A stretch of 64,000 nt of DNA from Candidatus Latescibacterota bacterium (GTDB taxonomy: Bacteria; Latescibacterota; UBA2968; UBA8231). The stretch covers positions 4,192,001 to 4,256,000 of the forward strand of contig OZ241362.1 in NCBI GenBank assembly GCA_965200315.1, in the 5' to 3' direction. How positions within the stretch are numbered: position 1 is the stretch's first letter; every line of letters begins with the position of its first letter. Both the position numbers and the translations under genes were made by a program. Below the pieces are notes generated by a model that was not told the DNA's origin, ran no database searches, and was given only the letters and a program-made list of their open reading frames with translations. Positions 40,679 to 49,865 of this stretch are shown one piece after another.

Positions 40679-41533
40679 ATGAATGCTTTCCGAATGACCG
40701 CCGACGAGCTCCAGCGTTGGGAGCGCGATGGATATTTTGTGCGCGCCAACGTCTTTTCACACGAGGAAAACGATCACTTGCGGCAGGTGGCCGAAGACGT
40801 TGTCGCCGGGAAACGCAGCATGCCTATGGCGCACATCGACCGCAATGCCTTGGTCCGCGACGGCAAAGACGCACGAGCGGGTGTCTATGGTATGCACAAG
40901 ATCCATCACCCCAGTTGCTACATCCCGGAGTTCCTCGCCCGCGTCCGCGATCCGCGCCTGACCGATCCGCTCGTGGATATTCTCGGCCCAGACATTCTGG
41001 GCATCAACAACCTCTTCATCTGGAAAGCTCCTGAAATCGGCTTGGGATTCCCGTGGCACCAAGACAAGTTTTACTTTGGCAAGCGGTTCAAAACCGCAAC
41101 GACCGTCGGCACTTGGACGGCAATCGACCCCGCCGATCGCGAAAACGGGTGCCTATACGTGATTCCTGGCAGTCACCAACAGGCCATTGCCGAACACGAC
41201 GACATTGAGGGGTCGCAGCAGACAGAATTCAAACTGGCCCGCAATGCCCGCGACGAGGACGGCCTGGCCGTGGAAGTTCCACCCGGTGCGGTCATTTGGT
41301 TTCACTCTCATCTGTTGCACAAAAGCACCAACAACCACAGCCAGCGATTTAGACGCAGCTATGTGTCTCATTACTTAAGCGCACAGGCTGAATGGTCTGA
41401 TCCAGAAAAAGCTGGCAAAGGTCAGCCGATTATGTGGGTACGAGGACGGACGTTCCCCGGCAAAGTTCGGGAGGTTACACGCGACGTTCTGCCCGTTCCC
41501 GACAAAAACTGTGAGAGAGGAGCACGTCCATGA
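40679..41533 (+). CDS. PhyH family dioxygenase
   Basis: PWHQD, ENGCLYVIPGSH, LLHKS. Confidence 0.85.
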   Translation: MNAFRMTADELQRWERDGYFVRANVFSHEENDHLRQVAEDVVAGKRSMPMAHIDRNALVRDGKDARAGVYGMHKIHHPSCYIPEFLARVRDPRLTDPLVDILGPDILGINNLFIWKAPEIGLGFPWHQDKFYFGKRFKTATTVGTWTAIDPADRENGCLYVIPGSHQQAIAEHDDIEGSQQTEFKLARNARDEDGLAVEVPPGAVIWFHSHLLHKSTNNHSQRFRRSYVSHYLSAQAEWSDPEKAGKGQPIMWVRGRTFPGKVREVTRDVLPVPDKNCERGARP

Positions 41534-42027
41534 AACTCGTCGCTTTTGTCTTATTTTTGTCCTTTTATTGGGCTCTCCATACGCAAGCTCAGACTGGAAA
41601 TATCGATCGTCATCGCGTAAGGGCTGAGCAGCTTAGCTACGAAAAATTCGCCGAGTCTGTTGAGAGTACCAGAAGCCTCCTAGCGGAGTTACAAGAAGTT
41701 ACCCGTTTGCTGGCCGAACACTGCAACCTAGAAAAGGTGCGCAATCAGGGCTCCATTCATACGAGCAACCTACCGCAGGACACAACGGTGGTTTTCGCAG
41801 TCCCTTCAGAAAAACTCGCCGAGTATCGTTGTCTGAACTGGGAAACGCAAAACATAGGGTTACCAAATCTCCTACAGAGGATCGCGGGCTACGGGTTGGT
41901 AAGTCGAGCAGAGCTCTTGAGACTGCAAGTTGAAAACATGAAGCACAAAAGACGTTGGTCCCAACTATTTCGGTTGTCAGCTCAGATTAGTGAAATGCTG
42001 TCGGAGGATGACGCAGATGAGAAGTAG
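41530..42027 (+). CDS. Hypothetical secreted protein (lower GC)
   Basis: Signal-peptide-like MKLVAFVLFLSFYWALHTQA, 4-bp overlap with the upstream gene. Confidence 0.5.
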   Translation: MKLVAFVLFLSFYWALHTQAQTGNIDRHRVRAEQLSYEKFAESVESTRSLLAELQEVTRLLAEHCNLEKVRNQGSIHTSNLPQDTTVVFAVPSEKLAEYRCLNWETQNIGLPNLLQRIAGYGLVSRAELLRLQVENMKHKRRWSQLFRLSAQISEMLSEDDADEK

Positions 42028-42134
42028 CCACGTAGATCTGTACAATCACGACGAGGATGCGGCTACGTATGATCAGGGCGTCATTGGCAGCGGCTCGTCG
42101 CCCGTGAGGCGTTGCAAAGATTCATTCATGTCTG

Positions 42135-43037
42135 TTACCCCTTCACCGCCCCTAGCTGAATCCCGCTGATAAACCAGCGCTGAAAAAAGACGAAAACCGC
42201 GATCATCGGCACGAGCATCAACACCGAGCCCGCGCAAATCAGCCCGTAGTCGTTGATGTACAGGTCCGACAGCTTGGCCAAGCCCACCGGCAGCACCATC
42301 ATGGAATCCGAATCCGTCATAATCAGCGGCCAGAGAAAGGCCCGCCAACGCCCGAGGAAGGTAAAAATCGCCAAGGCCCCCAGTGCTGGCTTAGAAAGCG
42401 GCACCACCACGTGCCAAAACACGCCCCACGCCGAGCATCCGTCGATGAGCGCCGCCTCCTCGATTTCGCGCGAAATGCCCAGCAAAAACTGCCGCAACAT
42501 GAACGTTCCGTATGCACTAAAACACCCCGGGGCGATGAGTGCAAAAAAGCTGTCTAGCCCCACGGGATGGCCGATGTAGTGGCTCTTTAAGTAGAGGAAA
42601 CCACTGAAAAAATCCGTTGCTAACACCGCGTTCAGCCATTCGGGAATTTTCTTCATCAGCACGAATTGCGGGATCATCAGCACGTCGGCCGGAATCATCA
42701 TCGTCGATAGATAGCCCAAAAAGAGCACGTCGCGGCCGCGGAACTGCAAGCGGGCAAACGCGTATGCTGCTAGTGCGCTGGTAGCAACTTGGATCACGGT
42801 AACGGCGGTGGCGATGAATAGCGAGTTGGCATAGTAGCGGAGGAAGGAGAAGGCGCTGAACACACCGGTGTAATTGTCAGTCGTCCAACGCGGCGGAATC
42901 CATCCAAGTGTCACATCGACGTTGTACTTGAAGGAGGTGAGCAGGGTCCACACCAGCGGCACCACCATGCCGCTGAGCACGAGTAGCAAGATCGCATAGA
43001 TCAGGACCGTTGATTGGTACTGACGCCAGCGCGACAT
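42135..43037 (-). CDS. Carbohydrate ABC permease (MalG-like)
   Basis: EAA motif EIEEAALIDGCS. Confidence 0.9.
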   Translation of the reverse strand: MSRWRQYQSTVLIYAILLLVLSGMVVPLVWTLLTSFKYNVDVTLGWIPPRWTTDNYTGVFSAFSFLRYYANSLFIATAVTVIQVATSALAAYAFARLQFRGRDVLFLGYLSTMMIPADVLMIPQFVLMKKIPEWLNAVLATDFFSGFLYLKSHYIGHPVGLDSFFALIAPGCFSAYGTFMLRQFLLGISREIEEAALIDGCSAWGVFWHVVVPLSKPALGALAIFTFLGRWRAFLWPLIMTDSDSMMVLPVGLAKLSDLYINDYGLICAGSVLMLVPMIAVFVFFQRWFISGIQLGAVKG

Positions 43038-43981
43038 TAGACGGCCTCCAACCGTTTGCCACCGTAGCACCAGTTGAGCAAAGTCGCTATGAAAATCAGC
43101 GCGAAGAGCACCATGGAAATCGCCGCGGCGTACCCTACCTCTAGCTGCTCGTAAGCTTGGGTGTAGATGTAGTAGCTCATGGTGGTCGTCGAGCCCTCGG
43201 GGCCGCCCCCGGTCATTACATAAGCAGCTTCAAAGCCGCCTTGCAGGCCGCCGATTATACTGGTGACGAGGATGAAAAACGTCGTGGGCGCTAGCTGGGG
43301 CACGGTGATGTGGATGAGCTGAGACCACCAGCCAGCGCCGTCCATTTCAGCGGCCTCGTAGAGTTCGGTCGGGATGTTTTGCAGGCCGGCTAAGTAGAGA
43401 ACCATGTTGTAGCCGCCGACGCTGGCCCAGATAAACATGATGATCAACGCGGGCTTGGCCCAAGATGCGTCGATTAGCCACCCCGGCAGGAGCGCGGCGG
43501 CCTGTTCGGGCGCGATCCCCAACACCCCAAAAATCTGCCACAAAAGCCCGTTGAAGATGCCGACGTTGGGCTCGTAGGTCAGGAGCATCTTCCAGACCAT
43601 GTAGATGGCGATGCCCGTACACAGGTGGGGAATAAAGAATAGGGTGCGGAAGAAGATGCGGCCGGGTAGTTCTTTGTTTAACAGCACGGCCAAGAGCAGG
43701 GAGCCGACCATGGCGAGCGGGATATTGAGCATTAAAAAGAGCGTGTTGCCGAGGTACTTCCAAAAATACGGGTCGCGTGCCACCCACTCGCCATCGACCT
43801 TTTTGAAGAGCACTAGATCCGCAAAGTTATCCAGCCCGATGAAGACGGGTGCGCCCGAGGCGAGCTGATAGCGGTAGAAGCCCATGCCCGCAGCCACGAC
43901 GACCGGTCCAAGCGCAAAGATGAGAAAGCCGACGAAATTGGGCAGCAGAAAGAAGAAGGCGGCTTTGTTTTGGTTCCTCAC
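43037..43981 (-). CDS. Carbohydrate ABC permease (MalF-like)
   Basis: ELYEAAEMDGA, MTGGGP. GTG start at 43981. Confidence 0.9.
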   Translation of the reverse strand: MRNQNKAAFFFLLPNFVGFLIFALGPVVVAAGMGFYRYQLASGAPVFIGLDNFADLVLFKKVDGEWVARDPYFWKYLGNTLFLMLNIPLAMVGSLLLAVLLNKELPGRIFFRTLFFIPHLCTGIAIYMVWKMLLTYEPNVGIFNGLLWQIFGVLGIAPEQAAALLPGWLIDASWAKPALIIMFIWASVGGYNMVLYLAGLQNIPTELYEAAEMDGAGWWSQLIHITVPQLAPTTFFILVTSIIGGLQGGFEAAYVMTGGGPEGSTTTMSYYIYTQAYEQLEVGYAAAISMVLFALIFIATLLNWCYGGKRLEAV

Positions 43982-45270
43982 AATGCGCTTTCCTCGGCGT
44001 AGATGCGCTGTAGATAGGCATTGGTCACTTGGTGGGCCTCGGCGAGGGCTTCGGCCACGCTCTCGCGGCCGGTGAGGGCGGCGTCGAGTTCGTCGAGCAT
44101 CCGGCGGTAGAGGTCCTCCCACCACAACTCTTGGGGGAAGAGCCGGACTTTGTAGTCCATTGAGCGCACGAAGACCTCTTCCTCGTAGGGAGTCGATGCC
44201 CGCGGATAGGTACTGCGGGCGACCGAGCGCTGCGGCGGTAGGTCGCTGCCCAACTTGGCCATCTTGGTCGTCGCCTCGGCCGAGACCATGTGCTTGAGCA
44301 CATCCCAAGCAACTTCTGGATCGCGGGTGCCCTTCCAGATGGTAAAACCGACGCTGGCATAGCGCGTCTGTCGGCCGGCCGGCCCTTGGGGAAAGAGTGC
44401 CGCGTCCCACTCAAAGCGGTCCAAAAGCTGAAAAGTCGGCAGCATCCACGGCCCCATGATGCCGATGGCGATCCGCCCGGCCTCAAAGGTGAAGGTGCTC
44501 ATGGCGTTGTCGCTGCGCACGCCCGGCCGGGGCGGGCTGACCTTGTGCTTAAAGTAGAGATCGACATAGAACTGCACGGCTTGGGCCACCCGCGGATCGT
44601 CGAGATTGGAGACATAGCGCCCGTTTTCCTGCCGGAGGAAGTCCCCGCCCATGCTCCATACGTAGCTGGCGATGTCGTACGGGGTGCAGCCGTAGATGTC
44701 CGGCAGGCCGTCTTGATCCTCATCGATGGTCAGGGCCTTGGCCTTGACTAGGAGGTCGTCGAGCGTCCAGTCGTCGGTGGGATAGCTGATGCCGTAGCGG
44801 TCGAAGAGGTCTTTGTTGTAAAAGCAGGTAATGGTGCTGCCTTTGACGGGGATGCCGTAGAGGGTGTCGTGGTAGGTGTACGCTTGCAGGCCCACCGGAT
44901 AGTAATCGCCGGTGGCAAGCTGGTCGCGCCGCGCCAAGCCGTCGAGCGGCAAAAGCTGCCCGGTGCTAGCTACTTGGGGCATCTGCCGCCAGTGCAGTAC
45001 GCAGATGTCCGGGGCGTGCCCAGCGTCCATGCCCGTCAGCAGCTTTTGCACGACGCTGCGGCCGGGCACCACCTCTAAACGCAGGCGAACTTCCGGGTGC
45101 TGCTGGCGGTACTCGGCGGCGACATGGCGGTACAGCTCGGCCTCCTGAGGCGAGCCATAGACCCACATGGTCAGCACCTCTTCGGCCGGGTACCAGTGAA
45201 CGGAGAGGACGCCCCAGAGTGCTCCGGCAGCTAGTGCTGCGACGATCCCCAAGCGAACAAACGGCGGCAA
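43978..45270 (-). CDS. Sugar ABC substrate-binding protein
   Basis: APDI, YGIP, FYNKDLFD, GPW. Confidence 0.85.
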   Translation of the reverse strand: MPPFVRLGIVAALAAGALWGVLSVHWYPAEEVLTMWVYGSPQEAELYRHVAAEYRQQHPEVRLRLEVVPGRSVVQKLLTGMDAGHAPDICVLHWRQMPQVASTGQLLPLDGLARRDQLATGDYYPVGLQAYTYHDTLYGIPVKGSTITCFYNKDLFDRYGISYPTDDWTLDDLLVKAKALTIDEDQDGLPDIYGCTPYDIASYVWSMGGDFLRQENGRYVSNLDDPRVAQAVQFYVDLYFKHKVSPPRPGVRSDNAMSTFTFEAGRIAIGIMGPWMLPTFQLLDRFEWDAALFPQGPAGRQTRYASVGFTIWKGTRDPEVAWDVLKHMVSAEATTKMAKLGSDLPPQRSVARSTYPRASTPYEEEVFVRSMDYKVRLFPQELWWEDLYRRMLDELDAALTGRESVAEALAEAHQVTNAYLQRIYAEESAL

Positions 45271-45279
45271 GGCGAGAAT

Positions 45280-46146
45280 CTAGCCGGCGGCGAATACTTT
45301 TTCTTGCAGCGGCTTTTGTAGCTCGTAGATGCCGCCGCCGCCGCGCGCCCCGGCGGGCATGCGCGTGCGAGCCGTCATCGACACGAGGCGAAAATCGTAG
45401 GTGGGTTCACCGCGCAGAATGTTGGCGTTGAAGGCATCCCAGTTGCTCACTCCGCCGAACGGCCAAGCATCGACGGCCGCGTACTGATAGAGCAAGAGCC
45501 GCCGAGACGCACCCGAGCGGTTGAGCGCCGAGCCGTGCAAGGTGCGGGCGTGGTGGATGGAGAGCGAACCGGCTTTCATCTCTAGGGGCACGGCTGCCGT
45601 GAGGTCGATATGGTCGCGAGCGGGACTGATGGCGCCGATGAAGTAGCCGTCTTGGTGGTGATCGAGGATCGGTCCCCGGTGCGAGCCGGGCACTACCATC
45701 ATGCAGCCGTTTTCGCGCGTGGCGTCGTCTAGGGCAATGCCCACGGCGCACAAGTCGTCGTTGGTGTGCGGATAGTGGGCAAAGTCTTGGTGCCACTCGA
45801 CCGGGCTACCGCCGTCGGGCGGCTTCATGTTGAGCTTGTCGCCTTGGGCGCGAATGGCCGCGCCGATCAGGGGCGTCAACAGGTCTAGAATGCGGCGGTC
45901 GCGCATTAAGCCATCGAAGAAGGGGTGGTAACTCGCCGGCGCACTCAGGCGACGCACCTTGGGGTTTTCCGGGGTGTGATCCGGCTCTAGGTCGAAGTGC
46001 CCGCTCTGCTCGGAGACGTGCCGCGCCTGCTCGACGAAGTCATCGACAATGGCGTGTGCCTCCTCCAGCTCGTCTGGGCGCAACACATCCGCGACGACGA
46101 GATAGCCGTGTTCGCGGTAGAAATTGACCTGTTCCTCGGTGAGCAT
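45280..46146 (-). CDS. PhyH family dioxygenase
   Basis: FYREHGYL, WHQD, ENGCMMVVPGSH, TLHGS. Confidence 0.85.
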   Translation of the reverse strand: MLTEEQVNFYREHGYLVVADVLRPDELEEAHAIVDDFVEQARHVSEQSGHFDLEPDHTPENPKVRRLSAPASYHPFFDGLMRDRRILDLLTPLIGAAIRAQGDKLNMKPPDGGSPVEWHQDFAHYPHTNDDLCAVGIALDDATRENGCMMVVPGSHRGPILDHHQDGYFIGAISPARDHIDLTAAVPLEMKAGSLSIHHARTLHGSALNRSGASRRLLLYQYAAVDAWPFGGVSNWDAFNANILRGEPTYDFRLVSMTARTRMPAGARGGGGIYELQKPLQEKVFAAG

Positions 46147-46156
46147 ATAGCCTCCT

Positions 46157-46200
46157 AAAAATTCGGGCAGGCCCCGCATCTAGGCGAGACCTGCCCGGAA
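46157..46200 (-). terminator. Putative terminator/stem-loop
   Basis: CGGGCAGG...CCTGCCCG followed by AATTTTT on the minus strand. Confidence 0.5.
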
Positions 46201-46227
46201 TGGCACTACAATTGAGATGAAAATAGC

Positions 46228-47121
46228 CTAGAACTGGGACTTGATCCGGCCCCAGCTACTCGCCTCGGTGGCTGTGGCCGTGCCCCAGTCGATGCTGGGA
46301 TCGGCCGGAGTCAGCAGCAAGTCTTGGCCAGCGTGGCAGCACTCGATCGGGTTGGTGCTCCACATGCCGATGCGGTTGTCGCCGTCGCCGTCGCCGCCAT
46401 CGACATCGTTGACCGTTGCCGTGACGTGGATAATGCTACCCTCGGTCAGGTCGTGAATTTCTACCTGATCCTCAGTGGCCTCATCCGAGCGCGGCATCCG
46501 CTCGATCGGCAAGATACGGATTTCGTAGGTGTACGTGCTCTCGCCGAACTCTTCGCCCTCGAAGCTGGAGGCGATCTCGACCCACTGCGAGCCGCTGGTC
46601 ATCCAGGGCAGGTTGACGATGGGGCGATACCATTCAAAGGTCTCCTGATAGACCGGAAAGGCGAACTTGTAGCTAAAGCTGGTCGCATCGTCGCCGGGAT
46701 TCAGATCGTCGCGGGCTTGGTGTGCAGCGTTGAGCTCGTACTCGACGCTGTCATCCCAGAAGAATTTGCCCGGGTCTTGACGCTGAGTGATGTGAATGTC
46801 GTCGAAGACGCGGCTGGTGATGTACACGTTGTTGGTCGCATCGTTCCAGCCCATGATGTGGCGGATCTGCATCGAGCTGGCGTCCAGCCCGCCGCGATCG
46901 ACGTTCTCGCCGGCAAAGCCGTGGATCGAGAACAAGGTCTCGCTGAAAATCCCGTACTGCTCAAGGGGCACGGGGGCCCATTCGCCGGCGTCGCCATCGA
47001 TGACGGGCACGTTGGCATCGGGAAAATTCACGGCGACCAACAGCTCACCAGGTGGCTCGTGGGCTTGGGCGGCAACCACAAGGCCCAGCGAGGCTAAGGC
47101 GGTGGTGAGAAACTTTTTCAT
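46228..47121 (-). CDS. Secreted CBM9/DOMON-like protein with C-terminal WGRIK motif
   Basis: Signal peptide, PVIDGDAGEW, WND...VYI...VFDD, WDDSVE. Ends ATEASSWGRIKSQF. Confidence 0.6.
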   Translation of the reverse strand: MKKFLTTALASLGLVVAAQAHEPPGELLVAVNFPDANVPVIDGDAGEWAPVPLEQYGIFSETLFSIHGFAGENVDRGGLDASSMQIRHIMGWNDATNNVYITSRVFDDIHITQRQDPGKFFWDDSVEYELNAAHQARDDLNPGDDATSFSYKFAFPVYQETFEWYRPIVNLPWMTSGSQWVEIASSFEGEEFGESTYTYEIRILPIERMPRSDEATEDQVEIHDLTEGSIIHVTATVNDVDGGDGDGDNRIGMWSTNPIECCHAGQDLLLTPADPSIDWGTATATEASSWGRIKSQF

Positions 47122-47245
47122 GGTAAAAGCTACCTCCACGAGATAGGGGTTAAAAAAGAGAGAAGATGCGGCGACTCGGCCGCCTTCTCGGTTTCGTTAC
47201 GTACAAACGTTCAATATACAAGGCTGCAAAAGAGTACGTCAAGGC

Positions 47246-49858
47246 TTAAATCCCCGCGTAAATGGCGATGAAGGATTGGGTTTCAGTGCGCGAGGAAGCG
47301 TCTTTGAAATTCTTGCGCTCTAGCACCAGTCCGATCACGGTCTGTAGCTTGTAGCCTTGGTAGGCCGATTCGTTTTTGAACTGAACGCCCCAAGTCAGCG
47401 CCGTGAAATCGTTGGCATCCACCTCAAAATCGTCGAAGATCAGGTACTCTAGGCCCGCTTGTAGCTTGGTGATTTCTAGGACATCGGTGACCGCCAACAG
47501 CGAGAAGAGTTCGGCTAGGGTCGTTCGGCGCTCGTCCGTGAACAGGTCGCGGCTCTGCTTGATAAACTCGCTCTTCCAGCGCGGCTCTAAAGAGAGAGGG
47601 CCGAGCGCATGGCGGTAGTGGGCCTTGTTGATCATCCCGAAGAAGAAATCCGTCTCGGCTAAAGCCCAGTGCTGCCGACGCTCGGCGTCCATGAGTTGGT
47701 GAAAGACCACATAGTTGACCTTGTTCTGTAGGTTCAGCGAAAAGGCGTGCACCTTGTGGCCGAGGAAGAGCTGGTTAATCCAAGTGTCGCGGGCCAGCAG
47801 CGGATCGTCGATCTCGGTCAGCGTACCGAGGCGCAGGGTGTTGTCGGGTGCCCACTGCAAGAGCGGGTCGGCGATGTCATCCTCCACGCGCTTGGTCATG
47901 CCGAAGAGGCGCAGATCGCCGCAGCGCGCCCAGCTTTGGTCGTACCTCAGGAGTGCGTACGCGCTGTGGTTTTTCTCGTTGGAAGAGATGCGGTCCTCGC
48001 GCAGGAGGCCGGCGACGACCTTTAGCTGCGGGGTCAAGTAGGTGCCGACGTACGCGTTGTAGCCTTGTCGGTCTCGCTTGTAGGGATAATCCGGCTCTTG
48101 GTCGTTTTCGTATTGGTCCGTCCAGAAGTTGTTGTTCATGTCAACGCCGAAGAGGAATTCGGGCCGATCTACTGCAAAGCGCAGGAAAGGCTCTTCGTAA
48201 TCCGGGATCGAGTTGGTGCGCACTCGGCTGTCGTTTTGGTTGATGTCGGGGACGAAGTCGTTGTTCTGGTCCCAGCCCGGAAAGACTTGGCGATCGGGGA
48301 AGGCCCAGTCGGCGCGGAAGGTGTCTGGCACCCGGTCTTGATCGTCGTTGTCTTCCACGAGGTCCATGAGGCTGCGGTCGTTTTGGTAGTCAATGCTGCC
48401 GTCGTCTTGGGTGACAAATGTTTGGGTGTTGTAGCGCGGGTGCATCTGATAGGCTTCGCCGTAGATGAAGAAGCGGGACCACTGGCGCGACAGATTGAGC
48501 ATATAGGCTGATGCACTGCGCTCGCCGACAATGCCGGCCGAAGTCTGGTGCTCTTCGACGAGGATATTGGGATATTTGCGGTAGTTCCAGTTGAGATCGT
48601 ACTCGCCGTATAGGTCGAAGCCCATTACGTCGCTAACCGTCACCGAACCGCCGAGGATGTGGGTCGCTGTGGGTAGCCCGGCCTCAAAGCTGATGACGCG
48701 CAGATTGGACAAGTCCTTGATATTGCCCGGCGCTTGGGTCATCAGCAGAAACACAGGCTCGCCAGCGCTGGTCTGCTGATCGGAGGTCATCCAGACCTGA
48801 TAGTCGTTGGCTACCACCAGCCGGAATTCCACTTTGACGATCTCGGTTTTGTCGGCCGCAGCTCGGTTGATGAAGCTGGCGCTGTCGAAGTCGTAGCGCA
48901 GGCGGATTTCGTCGTTGCCGTTGGCTTCGATATAGCCCGGCTTGGGCGCGCCGCCTTCCACCACCGGTTCAAAGCGGATATCGCGGCCCGAGTCCACGCG
49001 GCCATCCCGATAGGTGATGAAAATGTCCGATCCAGCCGGAAAATAAGCTGCGCCACCCACGCCATCGTCTGGCGAGTCGTCCCGCAGCGCGATTTCGATA
49101 CGGGAGATAGTCCGGTTCTGGCCTTGGGTCAGCGATCCGGTTATCCAATTGCTTAACAGGGCTTCTTCCGAGAGCGAATTGGCTTGGTGGGCGTTGGCCG
49201 CGTGGATGCCGAGCTCGACGAAATCGCCGATTTGCACCTCAAAGCGCCCGCCGATCAGGGTGGTGGAATTAGTGCGGAGCAATTCTTGATTGGTAATGCC
49301 GCGCGGGGCACTGGCCTGCGCGTAGAGGAATGTGCCCCGGTACTTGTCCATGGCAAAGTCGAACTGCACGCCGTCGAGGCGCGGTTTGGATAGCACCATG
49401 GGCGTCAGGGTGGTGCGCAGGTCGCTGCTAATGGTCAGCGCGTACGCGTATTGTCCTTTTTGTTCGGAGGCCACGGCGACTTCGGAAAACCAGTTGCGGA
49501 AGTGCTGAGCCTCAAACAGTACGGTGCCGAATTCCTCGGGGTTGGCTTGGGATACATTATATATAAGCCAGCCCTGATTGAGGAAGTTGCCAAAGGCGTC
49601 GTAGAAGTAATCTCCTTCGATGCTGGGACTAACATACCGCTGATAGGGAGTACGCGCATAGTTGGTGGCGCTCCACTGCCGCCAGTGGTGTTCGGCGACC
49701 AGCTCTTGAGGCACGTACCAGCGGCGCATCGCCGGGTTGAGGGCCTCCGTGCCTGGGGAAGCCAGCGATGGCAGCCCGATTTGGGCCGCGGCCGAGCTGC
49801 CGCTTACGGCCCATAAAAGCAGGGCGACCTTGCAGATGTGTTTCGCAGTTCCTGCCAT
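47246..49858 (-). CDS. Large secreted/outer-membrane protein with acidic Ca-binding-like repeats (paralog A)
   Basis: Signal peptide, DNDDQD/DQNND/DMNNN motifs, amphipathic beta-strands at the C-terminus. Confidence 0.6.
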   Translation of the reverse strand: MAGTAKHICKVALLLWAVSGSSAAAQIGLPSLASPGTEALNPAMRRWYVPQELVAEHHWRQWSATNYARTPYQRYVSPSIEGDYFYDAFGNFLNQGWLIYNVSQANPEEFGTVLFEAQHFRNWFSEVAVASEQKGQYAYALTISSDLRTTLTPMVLSKPRLDGVQFDFAMDKYRGTFLYAQASAPRGITNQELLRTNSTTLIGGRFEVQIGDFVELGIHAANAHQANSLSEEALLSNWITGSLTQGQNRTISRIEIALRDDSPDDGVGGAAYFPAGSDIFITYRDGRVDSGRDIRFEPVVEGGAPKPGYIEANGNDEIRLRYDFDSASFINRAAADKTEIVKVEFRLVVANDYQVWMTSDQQTSAGEPVFLLMTQAPGNIKDLSNLRVISFEAGLPTATHILGGSVTVSDVMGFDLYGEYDLNWNYRKYPNILVEEHQTSAGIVGERSASAYMLNLSRQWSRFFIYGEAYQMHPRYNTQTFVTQDDGSIDYQNDRSLMDLVEDNDDQDRVPDTFRADWAFPDRQVFPGWDQNNDFVPDINQNDSRVRTNSIPDYEEPFLRFAVDRPEFLFGVDMNNNFWTDQYENDQEPDYPYKRDRQGYNAYVGTYLTPQLKVVAGLLREDRISSNEKNHSAYALLRYDQSWARCGDLRLFGMTKRVEDDIADPLLQWAPDNTLRLGTLTEIDDPLLARDTWINQLFLGHKVHAFSLNLQNKVNYVVFHQLMDAERRQHWALAETDFFFGMINKAHYRHALGPLSLEPRWKSEFIKQSRDLFTDERRTTLAELFSLLAVTDVLEITKLQAGLEYLIFDDFEVDANDFTALTWGVQFKNESAYQGYKLQTVIGLVLERKNFKDASSRTETQSFIAIYAGI

Positions 49859-49865
49859 TGCTCAC

